Shown in pieces: positions 1-9,383 of a stretch of 64,000 bases of DNA (position 1 is the first letter of the stretch; each line of letters opens with the position of its first letter). The position numbers and the translations under genes were made by a program. Below the pieces are notes generated by a model. It made no database searches and was not told where the DNA came from. It worked only from the letters and a program-made list of their open reading frames with translations. Source of the stretch: Paracoccaceae bacterium (lineage in GTDB: Bacteria > Pseudomonadota > Alphaproteobacteria > Rhodobacterales > Rhodobacteraceae); contig JAAFAB010000003.1 in the NCBI GenBank assembly GCA_018222585.1, forward strand, positions 249,781 to 313,780, in the 5' to 3' direction.

Positions 1-183
1 TCTGCCGAATCCATGCCTTTCCCCATTCAGCCTTTGCCCCAGCCTCGCGCCATATCGTTAAGGTTCCCTTTGTGTTCGCCGATCTTTCCTTGCGCAGCTG
101 AATCTGGAAAATTTTGTCTGTTAAGCTTCCCGAAAGCCCCGCCGCCTACACCTGTTCCCGGGTGAGTTATCGAGGTGGTGGAG

Positions 184-1017
184 ATGAGCGGGCAGAGCAA
201 TGCCGCGCCGATCATCATCAAGAAGGTGAAGAAAGGCGGCGGCGAAGGGCATCATGGCGGTGCCTGGAAGGTGGCCTACGCCGATTTCGTGACGGCCATG
301 ATGGCCTTCTTCCTTCTGATGTGGTTGTTGAACGCGACGACGGAAAAGCAGCGCAAGGGGATCGCGGATTACTTCTCTCCGACGATCCCGCTGAACCGGG
401 TGTCCGGTGGCGGCGATGGCGCCTTCGGCGGCGAAAGCACCTTTTCGGAGATCGCCCTGCCGCAGGTCGGCACGGGCGCGACCTCTCTCAATCCGACGCC
501 GCAGGACAAGTCCTCCGGGCGCGAGGCGCAGCAATCCGAGGATGCCGAGGCCCGCCAGCTGGAGGAGATCGAGAAGATCCTGCGCGGCCAGACCGGCGAA
601 AGCGACGTCCATCCAGAGATGCTGCGCCATATCGTGACCCGGGTGACCGACGAGGGCCTGGTGATCGAACTCTTCGAGACCGATGAGGCCGCGCTCTACA
701 TGGGCGAGACCGCCGAGCCGACCGCGCTGCTGGAGCAACTGGCGGCGATGCTGGTCCGGGTCACCTCCCTGGTGACCAACCAGATGGCGATTGAAGGACA
801 TGTCCACGCGCGACCGCTGGTCCTGAACAACAACCCGGTCTGGGACCTCTCGACTCGACGCGCCGAAGGGATGCGCAAGCTGATGCAGCAGCAAGGGTTG
901 TCCGGCAGCCGCGTGGCGCGGATCACGGGCCATGCCGACCGCGAGCTTGCCGACCGCAACCCCATGTCGGCGCGGAACAATCGGCTGGAGATCATCCTGC
1001 TGCGGCGCAACCGATAG
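184..1017 (+). CDS. motB: Flagellar motor stator protein MotB
   Basis: N-terminal GGAWKVAYADFVTAMMAFFLLMWLL is the MotB signature with the proton-binding Asp; C-terminal OmpA-like region (EGH...WDLSTRRA...RNNRLEI). ATG at 184 preferred over the track start at 175. Confidence 0.95.
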   Translation: MSGQSNAAPIIIKKVKKGGGEGHHGGAWKVAYADFVTAMMAFFLLMWLLNATTEKQRKGIADYFSPTIPLNRVSGGGDGAFGGESTFSEIALPQVGTGATSLNPTPQDKSSGREAQQSEDAEARQLEEIEKILRGQTGESDVHPEMLRHIVTRVTDEGLVIELFETDEAALYMGETAEPTALLEQLAAMLVRVTSLVTNQMAIEGHVHARPLVLNNNPVWDLSTRRAEGMRKLMQQQGLSGSRVARITGHADRELADRNPMSARNNRLEIILLRRNR

Positions 1018-1055
1018 GCCGAGATCCCGGGCGGAAGTGCCAAGGATTTTAGATG

Positions 1056-1070
1056 TTAGCGGCATTTTAA
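1056..1070. promoter_or_regulatory. CtrA-like binding site upstream of flgE
   Basis: TTAG-cggcatt-TTAA, one mismatch to TTAA-N7-TTAA, in the motB-flgE gap; CtrA control of flagellar genes is established in Rhodobacterales. Confidence 0.5.
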
Positions 1071-1128
1071 GCCGGCGCCCTTAGCTGTTGCAGCGACGAA
1101 AAGGTCGATGCAGCAGAAAGGCGTATTC

Positions 1129-2430
1129 ATGACAATTTCCTCGTCCCTCAATGCGGGCGTGGCCGGTCTCCAGACCAATGCCACCCGCCTTGCGGCCATT
1201 GCCGACAATATCGCGAACGCGTCCACCTTCGGCTACAAGCGTGTCGCCACCGATTTCAGCTCCCTGGTCCTCAGCGAAAGCGGCGCCGGCTACACGGCCG
1301 GCGGCGTGCGGGCCACGACGCAACGGATGATCGACCAGCGGCGCTCGATCGTGCCGACGGACAACCCCACGGACCTGGCGGTGCGGGAACGCGGTATGCT
1401 GCCGGTCGCCAACGGTGCAGAGGTCGCCGCGACAGGCACGTTCGAACAGATGCTGCTGACCAGCACCGGCTCGTTCCGCACCGACGAGGATGGCTACCTG
1501 CGCACCGATACCGGGCTGATCCTGCTGGGATGGGAAGCCAATTCAGACGGGTCGATCCCCGCCGTCGCGCGCGAGACCTCGACCGGGCTGGTGCCGGTCC
1601 AGATCGACCCCTCGGCCTACGCCGGCAATCCCACGACAGAGATCAGCATGGGCATCAACCTGCCCGCGACCGAAACCGAGGATACCGCCTCGGGCGATCC
1701 GCTGTCGGTGACGATCGAATACTACGACAATCTGGGCAAGCCCGAGACGCTGACGGTCACCTTCACCCCGGACGTGGCCGGTCCCGGAGCCTCGAACTCC
1801 TGGCAGATGGTCATCGAAGACAGCGCCCTGGCCACCACCGTCGGTGACTATACCCTTGATTTCAATGACACGCGGACCGAGGGCGGGACGCTGGACGCGG
1901 TGACGCTGGGCGGTGCGGGCACGGCCTATGACCCGGTGACCGGCAAGGTCACGGTCACCGTCGCCTCCGGCCCGATCGAGATCGATCTCGGCCTGCTCGA
2001 CGAAAGCGGCGGGCTGTCGCAGCTCGGCGACAAGTTCGCCCCGACCGGCATCACCAAGGACGGCTCGGCCGTGTCCAACATCACCGGCGTCGAGGTCGAT
2101 GCCAATGGCTATGTGCGCGCCTACTTCGAAAGCGGCGCGGCGCAGATCCTCTATCAGGTGCCGCTGGCGGATGTGGTCAACGTCAACGGGATGCGGTCGA
2201 TGGACTACCAGACCTACATGCCGACCCCGGAAAGCGGCGGATTCTACCTGTGGAACGCCGGCGACGGGCCGACCGGCGACATCGTCTCATATGCGCGCGA
2301 GGAATCCGGCACCGATGTCGCGGGCGAGCTGACCGACATGATCCGCACCCAGCGCGCCTATTCCTCCAACGCCAAGGTCTTCCAGACTGTCGACGAGATG
2401 TTGCAGGAAACCACGAATATCAAGCGCTGA
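1129..2430 (+). CDS. flgE: Flagellar hook protein FlgE
   Basis: N-term SGL-type ...IADNIANASTFGYK and C-term EESGTDVAGELTDMIRTQRAYSSNAKV hook/rod motifs; ATG at 1129. Confidence 0.95.
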   Translation: MTISSSLNAGVAGLQTNATRLAAIADNIANASTFGYKRVATDFSSLVLSESGAGYTAGGVRATTQRMIDQRRSIVPTDNPTDLAVRERGMLPVANGAEVAATGTFEQMLLTSTGSFRTDEDGYLRTDTGLILLGWEANSDGSIPAVARETSTGLVPVQIDPSAYAGNPTTEISMGINLPATETEDTASGDPLSVTIEYYDNLGKPETLTVTFTPDVAGPGASNSWQMVIEDSALATTVGDYTLDFNDTRTEGGTLDAVTLGGAGTAYDPVTGKVTVTVASGPIEIDLGLLDESGGLSQLGDKFAPTGITKDGSAVSNITGVEVDANGYVRAYFESGAAQILYQVPLADVVNVNGMRSMDYQTYMPTPESGGFYLWNAGDGPTGDIVSYAREESGTDVAGELTDMIRTQRAYSSNAKVFQTVDEMLQETTNIKR

Positions 2431-2500
2431 CAAAGGCTTGTTCCACGGCGGCGCAGGAGGCGCCGCCGCATGATCCCCGCTGTCCAGAAAGGTCCGCCGC

Positions 2501-3958
2501 ATGAGCCTCTCCGGTGCCCTGTCCAATGCCCTGTCGGGCCTGACCGCCTCGGCGCGGCATTCCTCGGTCGTCGCCTCGAACATCTCCAACGCCATGACCG
2601 ACGGCTACGCCCGCCGCACACAGGAGGTCCACGCCCGCGCTTCCGGCACCTGGGGCGGGGTCGCGATCGGCGGCGTCACCCGCCATGTCGATCTGGGCCT
2701 GGTGGCGGATCGGCGCGACGCCAATTCCGCCATGCAGCAGGCGGACGCCGTGACGGTCTTCCAGCGCCGGATGGAAGACCTGCTGGGCACGCCCGAAGAT
2801 GGCACCTCGCTCTCCGGTCGCCTGACCACCTTCGAAGGCGCGGTGATCGCCGCCGCCTCCCGCCCCGACCTGACCGAACGACTGACAACCGTGCTCTACG
2901 CGGCGCAGGACGTGGCCAAGGCGATCAAGAAGATCGGCGACGGCATCCAGCAGATCCGCCAGGACGCGGACACCGAGATCGACACGACCGTCACCCGGAT
3001 GAACACCCTCCTGCAGGAGGTGCGAAGCCTCAACGAGGGGATCAACCGCGCCCGGCTGACCGGCGGCAATTCCGCTCCGCTGGAAGATCACCGCCAGGCC
3101 GCGCTCGACGAACTCTCGGACTACGTTCCGATCATCGAGGTGGCGCGCGACAATGGCCAGGTCGCGCTGTTTTCCGCTGGCGGGGCGATCCTGCTGGATG
3201 GCAGTTCGGTGGTGGAATTCGGCTTCGACCGCACCACCACGATCACCGCCAACATGACCCAGTCCGCCAGCCTGCTCTCGGGGCTGACGATCAACGGGGT
3301 GGCCATCGACACCGAGGATTCCCGCAGCCCGATCGCCGACGGACGCCTCGCCGCGCTCTTTTCGGTGCGCGACGGGCTCTCGGAAGAGGCCCAGGCCCGC
3401 ATCGACTCGGTCGCCCGCGACCTGGTGGAACGGTTCCAGGACCCGGCGCTGGATGCCACTCTCCTGCCCGGCGATGCCGGCCTGTTCACCGATGGCGGCG
3501 CGGCGTTCTCCGCCGCGAACGAGGTCGGGCTGGCCTCGCGCCTGCAGGTCAATGCCGCGGTCGACCCCGACCAGGGCGGCGCCACCTGGCGGCTGCGCGA
3601 TGGCCTGAATGCCACGGTCCAGGGCCCGGTCTCGGACGCCTCGCTGCTGCAGGACATGCTGGCCGCCCTGCACGAGAAGCGCACCCCCGCCTCGGGCCCC
3701 TTCACTGCCTCGGGCATCTCGGCCCCCAACCTGGCCTCTTCGATCATGTCCCTCACCGGGACCGAGAGAAACCTTTCCGAACAAAGCCTTGCCTTCGCCA
3801 CCACCCGCGAGGCCGAGCTGCAGGCGCGACTGCTGTCCGACGGCGTGGACACCGATGAAGAGATGCAGCGCCTGCTGCTGATCGAACAGACCTACGCCGC
3901 CAACGCCCGCCTGGTGCAAACCGTCGAGGATCTGCTCGACATCCTGATGAGGATCTGA
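2501..3958 (+). CDS. flgK: Hook-associated protein FlgK
   Basis: N-term SNISNAMTDGYARR, C-term GVDTDEEMQRLLLIEQTYAANAR; position after flgE. Confidence 0.93.
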   Translation: MSLSGALSNALSGLTASARHSSVVASNISNAMTDGYARRTQEVHARASGTWGGVAIGGVTRHVDLGLVADRRDANSAMQQADAVTVFQRRMEDLLGTPEDGTSLSGRLTTFEGAVIAAASRPDLTERLTTVLYAAQDVAKAIKKIGDGIQQIRQDADTEIDTTVTRMNTLLQEVRSLNEGINRARLTGGNSAPLEDHRQAALDELSDYVPIIEVARDNGQVALFSAGGAILLDGSSVVEFGFDRTTTITANMTQSASLLSGLTINGVAIDTEDSRSPIADGRLAALFSVRDGLSEEAQARIDSVARDLVERFQDPALDATLLPGDAGLFTDGGAAFSAANEVGLASRLQVNAAVDPDQGGATWRLRDGLNATVQGPVSDASLLQDMLAALHEKRTPASGPFTASGISAPNLASSIMSLTGTERNLSEQSLAFATTREAELQARLLSDGVDTDEEMQRLLLIEQTYAANARLVQTVEDLLDILMRI

Positions 3959-3961
3959 GCC

Positions 3962-4966
3962 ATGCCCGCCATCACCATCGGCGACCTCGCCCAAAGCTTC
4001 ATGCTGCGGCAACAGAACACCGACCTGAAGAGCCGGATGAACCAGCTCAGCCAGGAACTTGCCTCGGGGCGCACCGCGGATGTCGCGCGGCACCTCTCCG
4101 GCAGCTACTCCTACCTGGCGGACGTCCAGCGCAACCTGGCGCTGCTCGAAAGCTACGATGCAGCCACCGGCGAGGCGATCCTCTTTACCCAGACAATGCA
4201 GGACGTGCTGGAGCGTTTCCAGTCCCTCTCGACCAACCTCGGCTCTGCCGCGCTGACCGCCGCCGGGTCCTTCCTGGACGAGGCCGTCGTCAGCGCCTCG
4301 GACCGCGCCACGGAGGACCTGGAAAGCATGGTCAACGCGGTCAATTCCACCGTCGCCGGGCGCGCCCTCTTCTCGGGGATCGACAGCGATACGGTGCCGC
4401 TGGTCTCGCACGAGGACATCCTGGCCGACCTGCGCACGGCGCTGGCAGGGCAGACGACCCTGGCCGGGGTCCAGGGCGTCCTCGATACCTGGTTCGATCC
4501 CGGCGGCGGCTTCGACACGGTGGCCTACCAGGGCTCGGCGACCTCGCTGCAACCCTTCGTGCTGGGCGAGGGCGAAACCGTCGACCTCGACCTGCGCGGC
4601 GATGACGCGGCCTTCCGCACCATGCTGAAATATGCCTCCATGGCGGCGCTGACGGCGGACCAGTCCCTCGGCTTCGACAGCGACCTGCAGGCCGAGATGA
4701 TGAAGGCCGCCGGAGAGGGGTTGTCGTTCCGCCAGGAGCGTCTCGTGCAGATCCGCGCCGATCTCGGCTATGCCCAGACCCGGGCGCAGGAAAGCTCTGC
4801 CCGGATCGTCTCGGAGCGGGCCGGGTACAAGATCGCCCAGTCGGAACTGCTCGCCGTCGATCCCTTCGAGACCGCGACCCAGCTTGAGGACGTGCAATTC
4901 CAGCTCGAAGCCCTCTACGCGATGACGGTCAAGCTGGCCCGCCTCTCGCTGACGGACTACCTGTGA
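3962..4966 (+). CDS. flgL: Hook-associated protein FlgL (flagellin-like)
   Basis: Flagellin-family N-terminus (QELASGR), GRALFSG motif, C-term SLTDYL; follows flgK. Confidence 0.85.
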   Translation: MPAITIGDLAQSFMLRQQNTDLKSRMNQLSQELASGRTADVARHLSGSYSYLADVQRNLALLESYDAATGEAILFTQTMQDVLERFQSLSTNLGSAALTAAGSFLDEAVVSASDRATEDLESMVNAVNSTVAGRALFSGIDSDTVPLVSHEDILADLRTALAGQTTLAGVQGVLDTWFDPGGGFDTVAYQGSATSLQPFVLGEGETVDLDLRGDDAAFRTMLKYASMAALTADQSLGFDSDLQAEMMKAAGEGLSFRQERLVQIRADLGYAQTRAQESSARIVSERAGYKIAQSELLAVDPFETATQLEDVQFQLEALYAMTVKLARLSLTDYL

Positions 4967-6066
4967 TGCTGGGCCGGATCCTGCTCTGCCTGGCCCTTCT
5001 GTTGCCGCAAGTGGCGCTGTCCGGGCCCATCCGGATCAAGGACCTGGTGGAATTCGACGGCGTGCGCGGCAACGACCTGGTCGGCTATGGCCTCGTGGTC
5101 GGGCTGAACGGCACCGGCGACGGCATCCGCAATGCGCCCTTCACCGAAGAGATCATGTCGAACATCCTGGAACGGCTCGGTGTCAACGTGACCGGAGAAC
5201 AGTTCCGCCCCAAGAACGTGGCCGCGGTCTTCGTCACCGCCGAACTGCCGCCCTTCGCCCGGGCCGGTGGCACGGTGGATGTCACCGTCTCGGCCATCGG
5301 CGATGCCTCCTCGCTGCTGGGGGGCACGCTGATCATGACCCCGCTGAATGCCGCCGACGGGCAGATCTACGCGGTCGCCCAGGGCACGATCATCGCCGGA
5401 GGTGCCGCTGCCCAGGGGGATGCCGCCCAGGTGATCCAGGGCGTCCCGACGGCCGGGGTCATCCCCTCCGGCGCCCGGGTCGAGCGGGAGGTCGACTTCG
5501 ATCTCTCCGCCCTGTCCTCCCTGCGGCTTGCCCTGCGGGAGCCCGATTTCACCACCGCCGGCCGGATCGAGCAGGCCATCAACGAGGTTTTCGCCACCCC
5601 GGTCGCGCGAATGCTGGACGCCGGCACGGTGCGGCTGGACATCGTGGCCACCGGCATGGCCTCTCCGGCCCATGCGCTTGGTCGGGTCGAGAACATCCTG
5701 GTCGAACCCGAACAGAAGGCCCGGGTGGTGGTCGACCAGCGCTCGGGCACCATCGTCATGGGCGAGGACGTGCGCATCAGCCGGGTGGCGGTCAGCCAGG
5801 GCAACCTGACACTGCGGATCGAGGAAGATCCGGCGGTGGTCCAGCCCAATCCCTTTGCCGAAGGCGAAACGGTGGTGGTGCCGCGCACCAATGCCGAGAT
5901 CATCGAGGAACCGGGGATCGGGCTTGCGGAAATCCGGGAAGGCACCTCGCTGTCCGAGGTGGTCGCGGGGCTGAACGCCCTTGGCGTCGCGCCGCGCGAC
6001 ATGATCGACATCCTGAAGAGCATCAAGGCGGCAGGGGCCCTGCACGCGGAATTCATCGTCCGCTAG
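4966..6066 (+). CDS. flgI: Flagellar P-ring protein FlgI
   Basis: Signal peptide then RIKDLVEFDGVRGNDLVGYGLVVGLNGTGD; C-term AAGALHAE. Confidence 0.97.
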   Translation: MLGRILLCLALLLPQVALSGPIRIKDLVEFDGVRGNDLVGYGLVVGLNGTGDGIRNAPFTEEIMSNILERLGVNVTGEQFRPKNVAAVFVTAELPPFARAGGTVDVTVSAIGDASSLLGGTLIMTPLNAADGQIYAVAQGTIIAGGAAAQGDAAQVIQGVPTAGVIPSGARVEREVDFDLSALSSLRLALREPDFTTAGRIEQAINEVFATPVARMLDAGTVRLDIVATGMASPAHALGRVENILVEPEQKARVVVDQRSGTIVMGEDVRISRVAVSQGNLTLRIEEDPAVVQPNPFAEGETVVVPRTNAEIIEEPGIGLAEIREGTSLSEVVAGLNALGVAPRDMIDILKSIKAAGALHAEFIVR

Positions 6067-6081
6067 CCCGGGTCCTCCGAA

Positions 6082-6195
6082 GGTGGGTTGTCACCCACCC
6101 TACGCCTGCCGCCTGCTCCGCCCGATGCCGGGAGGGCCGATACCCCGGGGCGACCGAAGCGGAAAGGCCGGGCGTAGGGTGGGTGACGACCCACC
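6082..6195. repeat. Inverted GTAG-type REP doublet (REPIN-like)
   Basis: GGTGGGTTGTCACCCACCCTACGCC (6082-6106) and GGCGTAGGGTGGGTGACGACCCACC (6171-6195) are reverse complements with one mismatch; each carries a GTAG head plus a hairpin; located between convergent flgI and pmm. Confidence 0.8.
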
Positions 6196-6239
6196 ATCCC
6201 CCGGCCACCATCCACGGCCTCGAAGATGTTTCGGCGCGA

Positions 6240-7736
6240 TCAGAAGGTCTGGTCGTAATCGCCCACGCCGGGCTCGGTGCGGATCACCCCGTCGATTTCC
6301 TTGAAGATCGCGCGCAGCTCCTCCTCGCTGTCGGAGCTTTCGCAGACCACCACCAGGTTCGGCGTGTTCGACGAGGCCCGCACCAGCCCCCAGGAACCGT
6401 TGTCCAGGATCACCCGGGCACCGTTCACCGTGACGACCTCCTTCACCGCGCGCCCGGCGAAGGCCTCTCCGGCTTCGGCCTTGGCGACCAGCTTCTGCAC
6501 GATACGCTCGAGGATGTCGTATTTCTCTTCATCCGCCGCATAGGGCGACATGGTCGGGGTCGAATAGGTGACAGGCAGGTCCTTGCGCAGGTCCGACATC
6601 GACTTGTCGGGGTTGCGGTCCATCAGCTTGCAGATCTCGACGGCAACTCGCATCCCGTCATCGTAGCCGCGCCCGATATCCCCGGCGAGGAAGTAGTGGC
6701 CCGACTTCTCGAAGCCCGCCAGGGCGCCCAGTTCGTGCACGCGGCGCTTCATGTGGCTGTGGCCGGTCTTCCAGTAATCGGCCACCGCGCCGCCCTCGAT
6801 CAGCTCGGGGTCGGCCGCGAAGAGGCCGGTGGATTTCACATCCGCCACGAAGGTCGACCCGGGGTAGAGCTTGATCAGGTCGCGGGCCATGATCACACCG
6901 ACCTTGTCGGCGAAGATCTCTTCGCCCTCGTCATCGACCACGCCGCAGCGGTCGCCGTCGCCGTCGAAGCCCAGTGCGAAGTCGGCACCCGACTGCTTCA
7001 CCGTATCGGCCATGTCATGCAGCATCTCCATGGCCTCGGGGTTCGGGTTGTAGTTGGGGAAGGTGTAATCCAGCTCGTTGTGCGAGGGCACGATCTCGAC
7101 GCCGAGGCGCTCGAAGACCGCCGGGCCGAAGGCCGCCGCGGTGCCGTTGCCGGTGGCACAGACCACCTTCAGCTTGCGGGTCATCCTGAAGTCGCCGACC
7201 AGGTCGTCGAGATAGGCCTCGAAGACGCCATCCACGCGCTCGACCTTGCCGCCCTCGCGGGCCACACCCTCGCCGTTCAGCACGATGTCACGCAGCTCTC
7301 CCATCTCGTCGGGACCATGGGTCAGGGGCATTTCGAAGCCCATCTTCACCCCGGTCCAGCCGTTCGGATTGTGCGAGGCGGTCACCATGGCCACCGCGCA
7401 GCCGCCCAGGTGGAACGAGCTGAAGTAGGCCATGGGGGTGATGCAGGGGCCGATGTCCTTGACGGTGATCCCCGCCTGCACCAGGCCGAGGATCAGCGCG
7501 TTCTTGATCGCCAGCGAGTAATCCCGGTAGTCGTTGCCGACGGCGATCACCGGCTCGACGCCGCGCTTGAACATCTGCGTGCCCAGGCCCAGGCCAAGGG
7601 CGGTCATGCCGGGCAGGTTGATCTCGTCAGGATATTTCCAGCGGGCATCGTATTCCCGGAAGCCCGTCGGCTTGATCATCGGGTCCCGGAGAAATTCCCA
7701 GGTGTTCGGAGAGACGGTGGAAAGCGGTTTGGTCAT
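6240..7736 (-). CDS. Phosphomannomutase/phosphoglucomutase (AlgC/ManB type)
   Basis: VTASHNP phosphoserine loop, FDGDGDR metal loop, GFEKSGH sugar loop, VRASSN; start MTKPL at 7736 preferred over 7811. Confidence 0.92.
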   Translation of the reverse strand: MTKPLSTVSPNTWEFLRDPMIKPTGFREYDARWKYPDEINLPGMTALGLGLGTQMFKRGVEPVIAVGNDYRDYSLAIKNALILGLVQAGITVKDIGPCITPMAYFSSFHLGGCAVAMVTASHNPNGWTGVKMGFEMPLTHGPDEMGELRDIVLNGEGVAREGGKVERVDGVFEAYLDDLVGDFRMTRKLKVVCATGNGTAAAFGPAVFERLGVEIVPSHNELDYTFPNYNPNPEAMEMLHDMADTVKQSGADFALGFDGDGDRCGVVDDEGEEIFADKVGVIMARDLIKLYPGSTFVADVKSTGLFAADPELIEGGAVADYWKTGHSHMKRRVHELGALAGFEKSGHYFLAGDIGRGYDDGMRVAVEICKLMDRNPDKSMSDLRKDLPVTYSTPTMSPYAADEEKYDILERIVQKLVAKAEAGEAFAGRAVKEVVTVNGARVILDNGSWGLVRASSNTPNLVVVCESSDSEEELRAIFKEIDGVIRTEPGVGDYDQTF

Positions 7737-7914
7737 GGCCCAAGTCATCCATCTGAAAAGCAATGCGGAGCGGTCAGGGACTTTGGTAGCCGTAGCGGAA
7801 AGCCGTAGCAACGTCCTTCCCGCACCGTGAGAGCTTTGTTACCGAAACGTAAAATCTCAGGCGAAAGACCGCCGGGATTACGGGCAGCCGCGCCTGCCCC
7901 GCGCCCGACCCGGG

Positions 7915-7943
7915 TTGGACAGCCGCCAAGGGCTTGCCTATAG
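7915..7943 (+). promoter_or_regulatory. Putative sigma70 promoter of glmM
   Basis: TTGGAC-N17-CTATAG about 65 bp upstream of the glmM ATG. Confidence 0.45.
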
Positions 7944-8006
7944 CTGGGGGCGGAACATCAGGCGCGGGGCGGACACCGCGCCACGGGGACAGAGACAGGA
8001 CGCAGC

Positions 8007-9350
8007 ATGGCAGGCAAGCTCTTCGGCACCGACGGGGTGCGCGGACAGGCGAACAAGTGGCCGATGACGGCGGATGTGGCGCTTCAACTCGCCGCCGCCG
8101 CGGGGCGCCACTTCCGTACCGACAAGCAGAAGCATCGGGTGGTGATCGGCAAGGACACGCGGCTGTCCGGCTACATGCTGGAAAACGCGCTGACCGCCGG
8201 CTTCACCTCGACCGGCATGAACGTCTTCCTGCTGGGCCCGGTGCCGACGCCCGCGATCGGCTACCTGACGCGCAGCCTCCGCGCCGATGTCGGGGTGATG
8301 ATCTCGGCCAGCCACAACCCGGCGGCGGACAATGGCATCAAGTTCTTCGGCCCCGACGGCTTCAAGCTGTCCGACGACGACGAGGCCGCCATCGAGGCGC
8401 TGATGGAGACCGGCGTGCCCCCGGCGCAGCCGCAGAACATCGGCCGCGCCAAGCGCTACGAGGACGCGCGCGGGCGTTACGTGGAATACGCCAAGGCCAC
8501 CCTGCCGCGCCGTACCCGGCTGGACGGGCTGCGCGTGGTGCTGGACTGCGCCAATGGCGCCGCCTACCGCACCGCCCCCGCCGTGCTGTGGGAGTTGGGC
8601 GCCGAGGTCTTCCCGATGGGCGTCGAGCCGAACGGCTTCAACATCAACGAGGAGTGCGGCAGCACCCATCCCGAACAGGCCGCGCGCCGGGTGCGCGAGA
8701 CCCGCGCCGATCTGGGCATCTGCCTGGATGGCGACGCCGACCGGGTGATCCTGATCGACGAGGCCGGCCGCGTCGCCGATGGCGATCAGATCATGGGCCT
8801 CATCGCCTCGCGCTGGAAGGACGAGGGCAAGCTTGCGGGCGACAGCCTTGTGGCGACCGTGATGTCGAACCTCGGGCTGGAACGTTTCCTCGAAGGCCGC
8901 GGCATCGGGCTGGAACGTACCTCGGTCGGCGACCGCTACGTGGTCGAGCGGATGCAGGCGGGCGGCTTCAACCTGGGCGGTGAACAGTCCGGCCATATCG
9001 TCATGACCGACCACTCCACCACCGGCGACGGGCTGCTGGCGGCGCTGCAATTCCTCTCGGCCATGGTGGAAACCGGCAAGCCGGCCAGCGAATTGTCCAG
9101 CGTTTTCGAGCCGGTCCCGCAGAAGCTGGTCAACGTCCGCTATGCCGAGGGCAAGGCCCCGCTGGAGACCGAACAGGTGCAGGAGGCCATCGCCGAGGGC
9201 GAGAAGACCCTGGGCAAGGCCGGGCGCCTGCTGATCCGCAAGTCGGGCACCGAACCGCTGATCCGCGTCATGGGCGAGGCCGAGGACATGGGCAAGCTGG
9301 ACCGCGTGCTGGAGAAGATCGTCGCCGAGGTCCGCGCCGTCGCCAGCTAG
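8007..9350 (+). CDS. glmM: Phosphoglucosamine mutase
   Basis: [47 protein letters not shown] motifs. Confidence 0.96.
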   Translation: MAGKLFGTDGVRGQANKWPMTADVALQLAAAAGRHFRTDKQKHRVVIGKDTRLSGYMLENALTAGFTSTGMNVFLLGPVPTPAIGYLTRSLRADVGVMISASHNPAADNGIKFFGPDGFKLSDDDEAAIEALMETGVPPAQPQNIGRAKRYEDARGRYVEYAKATLPRRTRLDGLRVVLDCANGAAYRTAPAVLWELGAEVFPMGVEPNGFNINEECGSTHPEQAARRVRETRADLGICLDGDADRVILIDEAGRVADGDQIMGLIASRWKDEGKLAGDSLVATVMSNLGLERFLEGRGIGLERTSVGDRYVVERMQAGGFNLGGEQSGHIVMTDHSTTGDGLLAALQFLSAMVETGKPASELSSVFEPVPQKLVNVRYAEGKAPLETEQVQEAIAEGEKTLGKAGRLLIRKSGTEPLIRVMGEAEDMGKLDRVLEKIVAEVRAVAS

Positions 9351-9383
9351 GGGCAAGGCTCATTCCGGTCAGGCGGCTGTCGG

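Noticed and set aside
7838-7856. TTGTTAC-N6-GTAAAA dyad between pmm and glmM
   Set aside because: Imperfect, single instance, and no regulator can be assigned.
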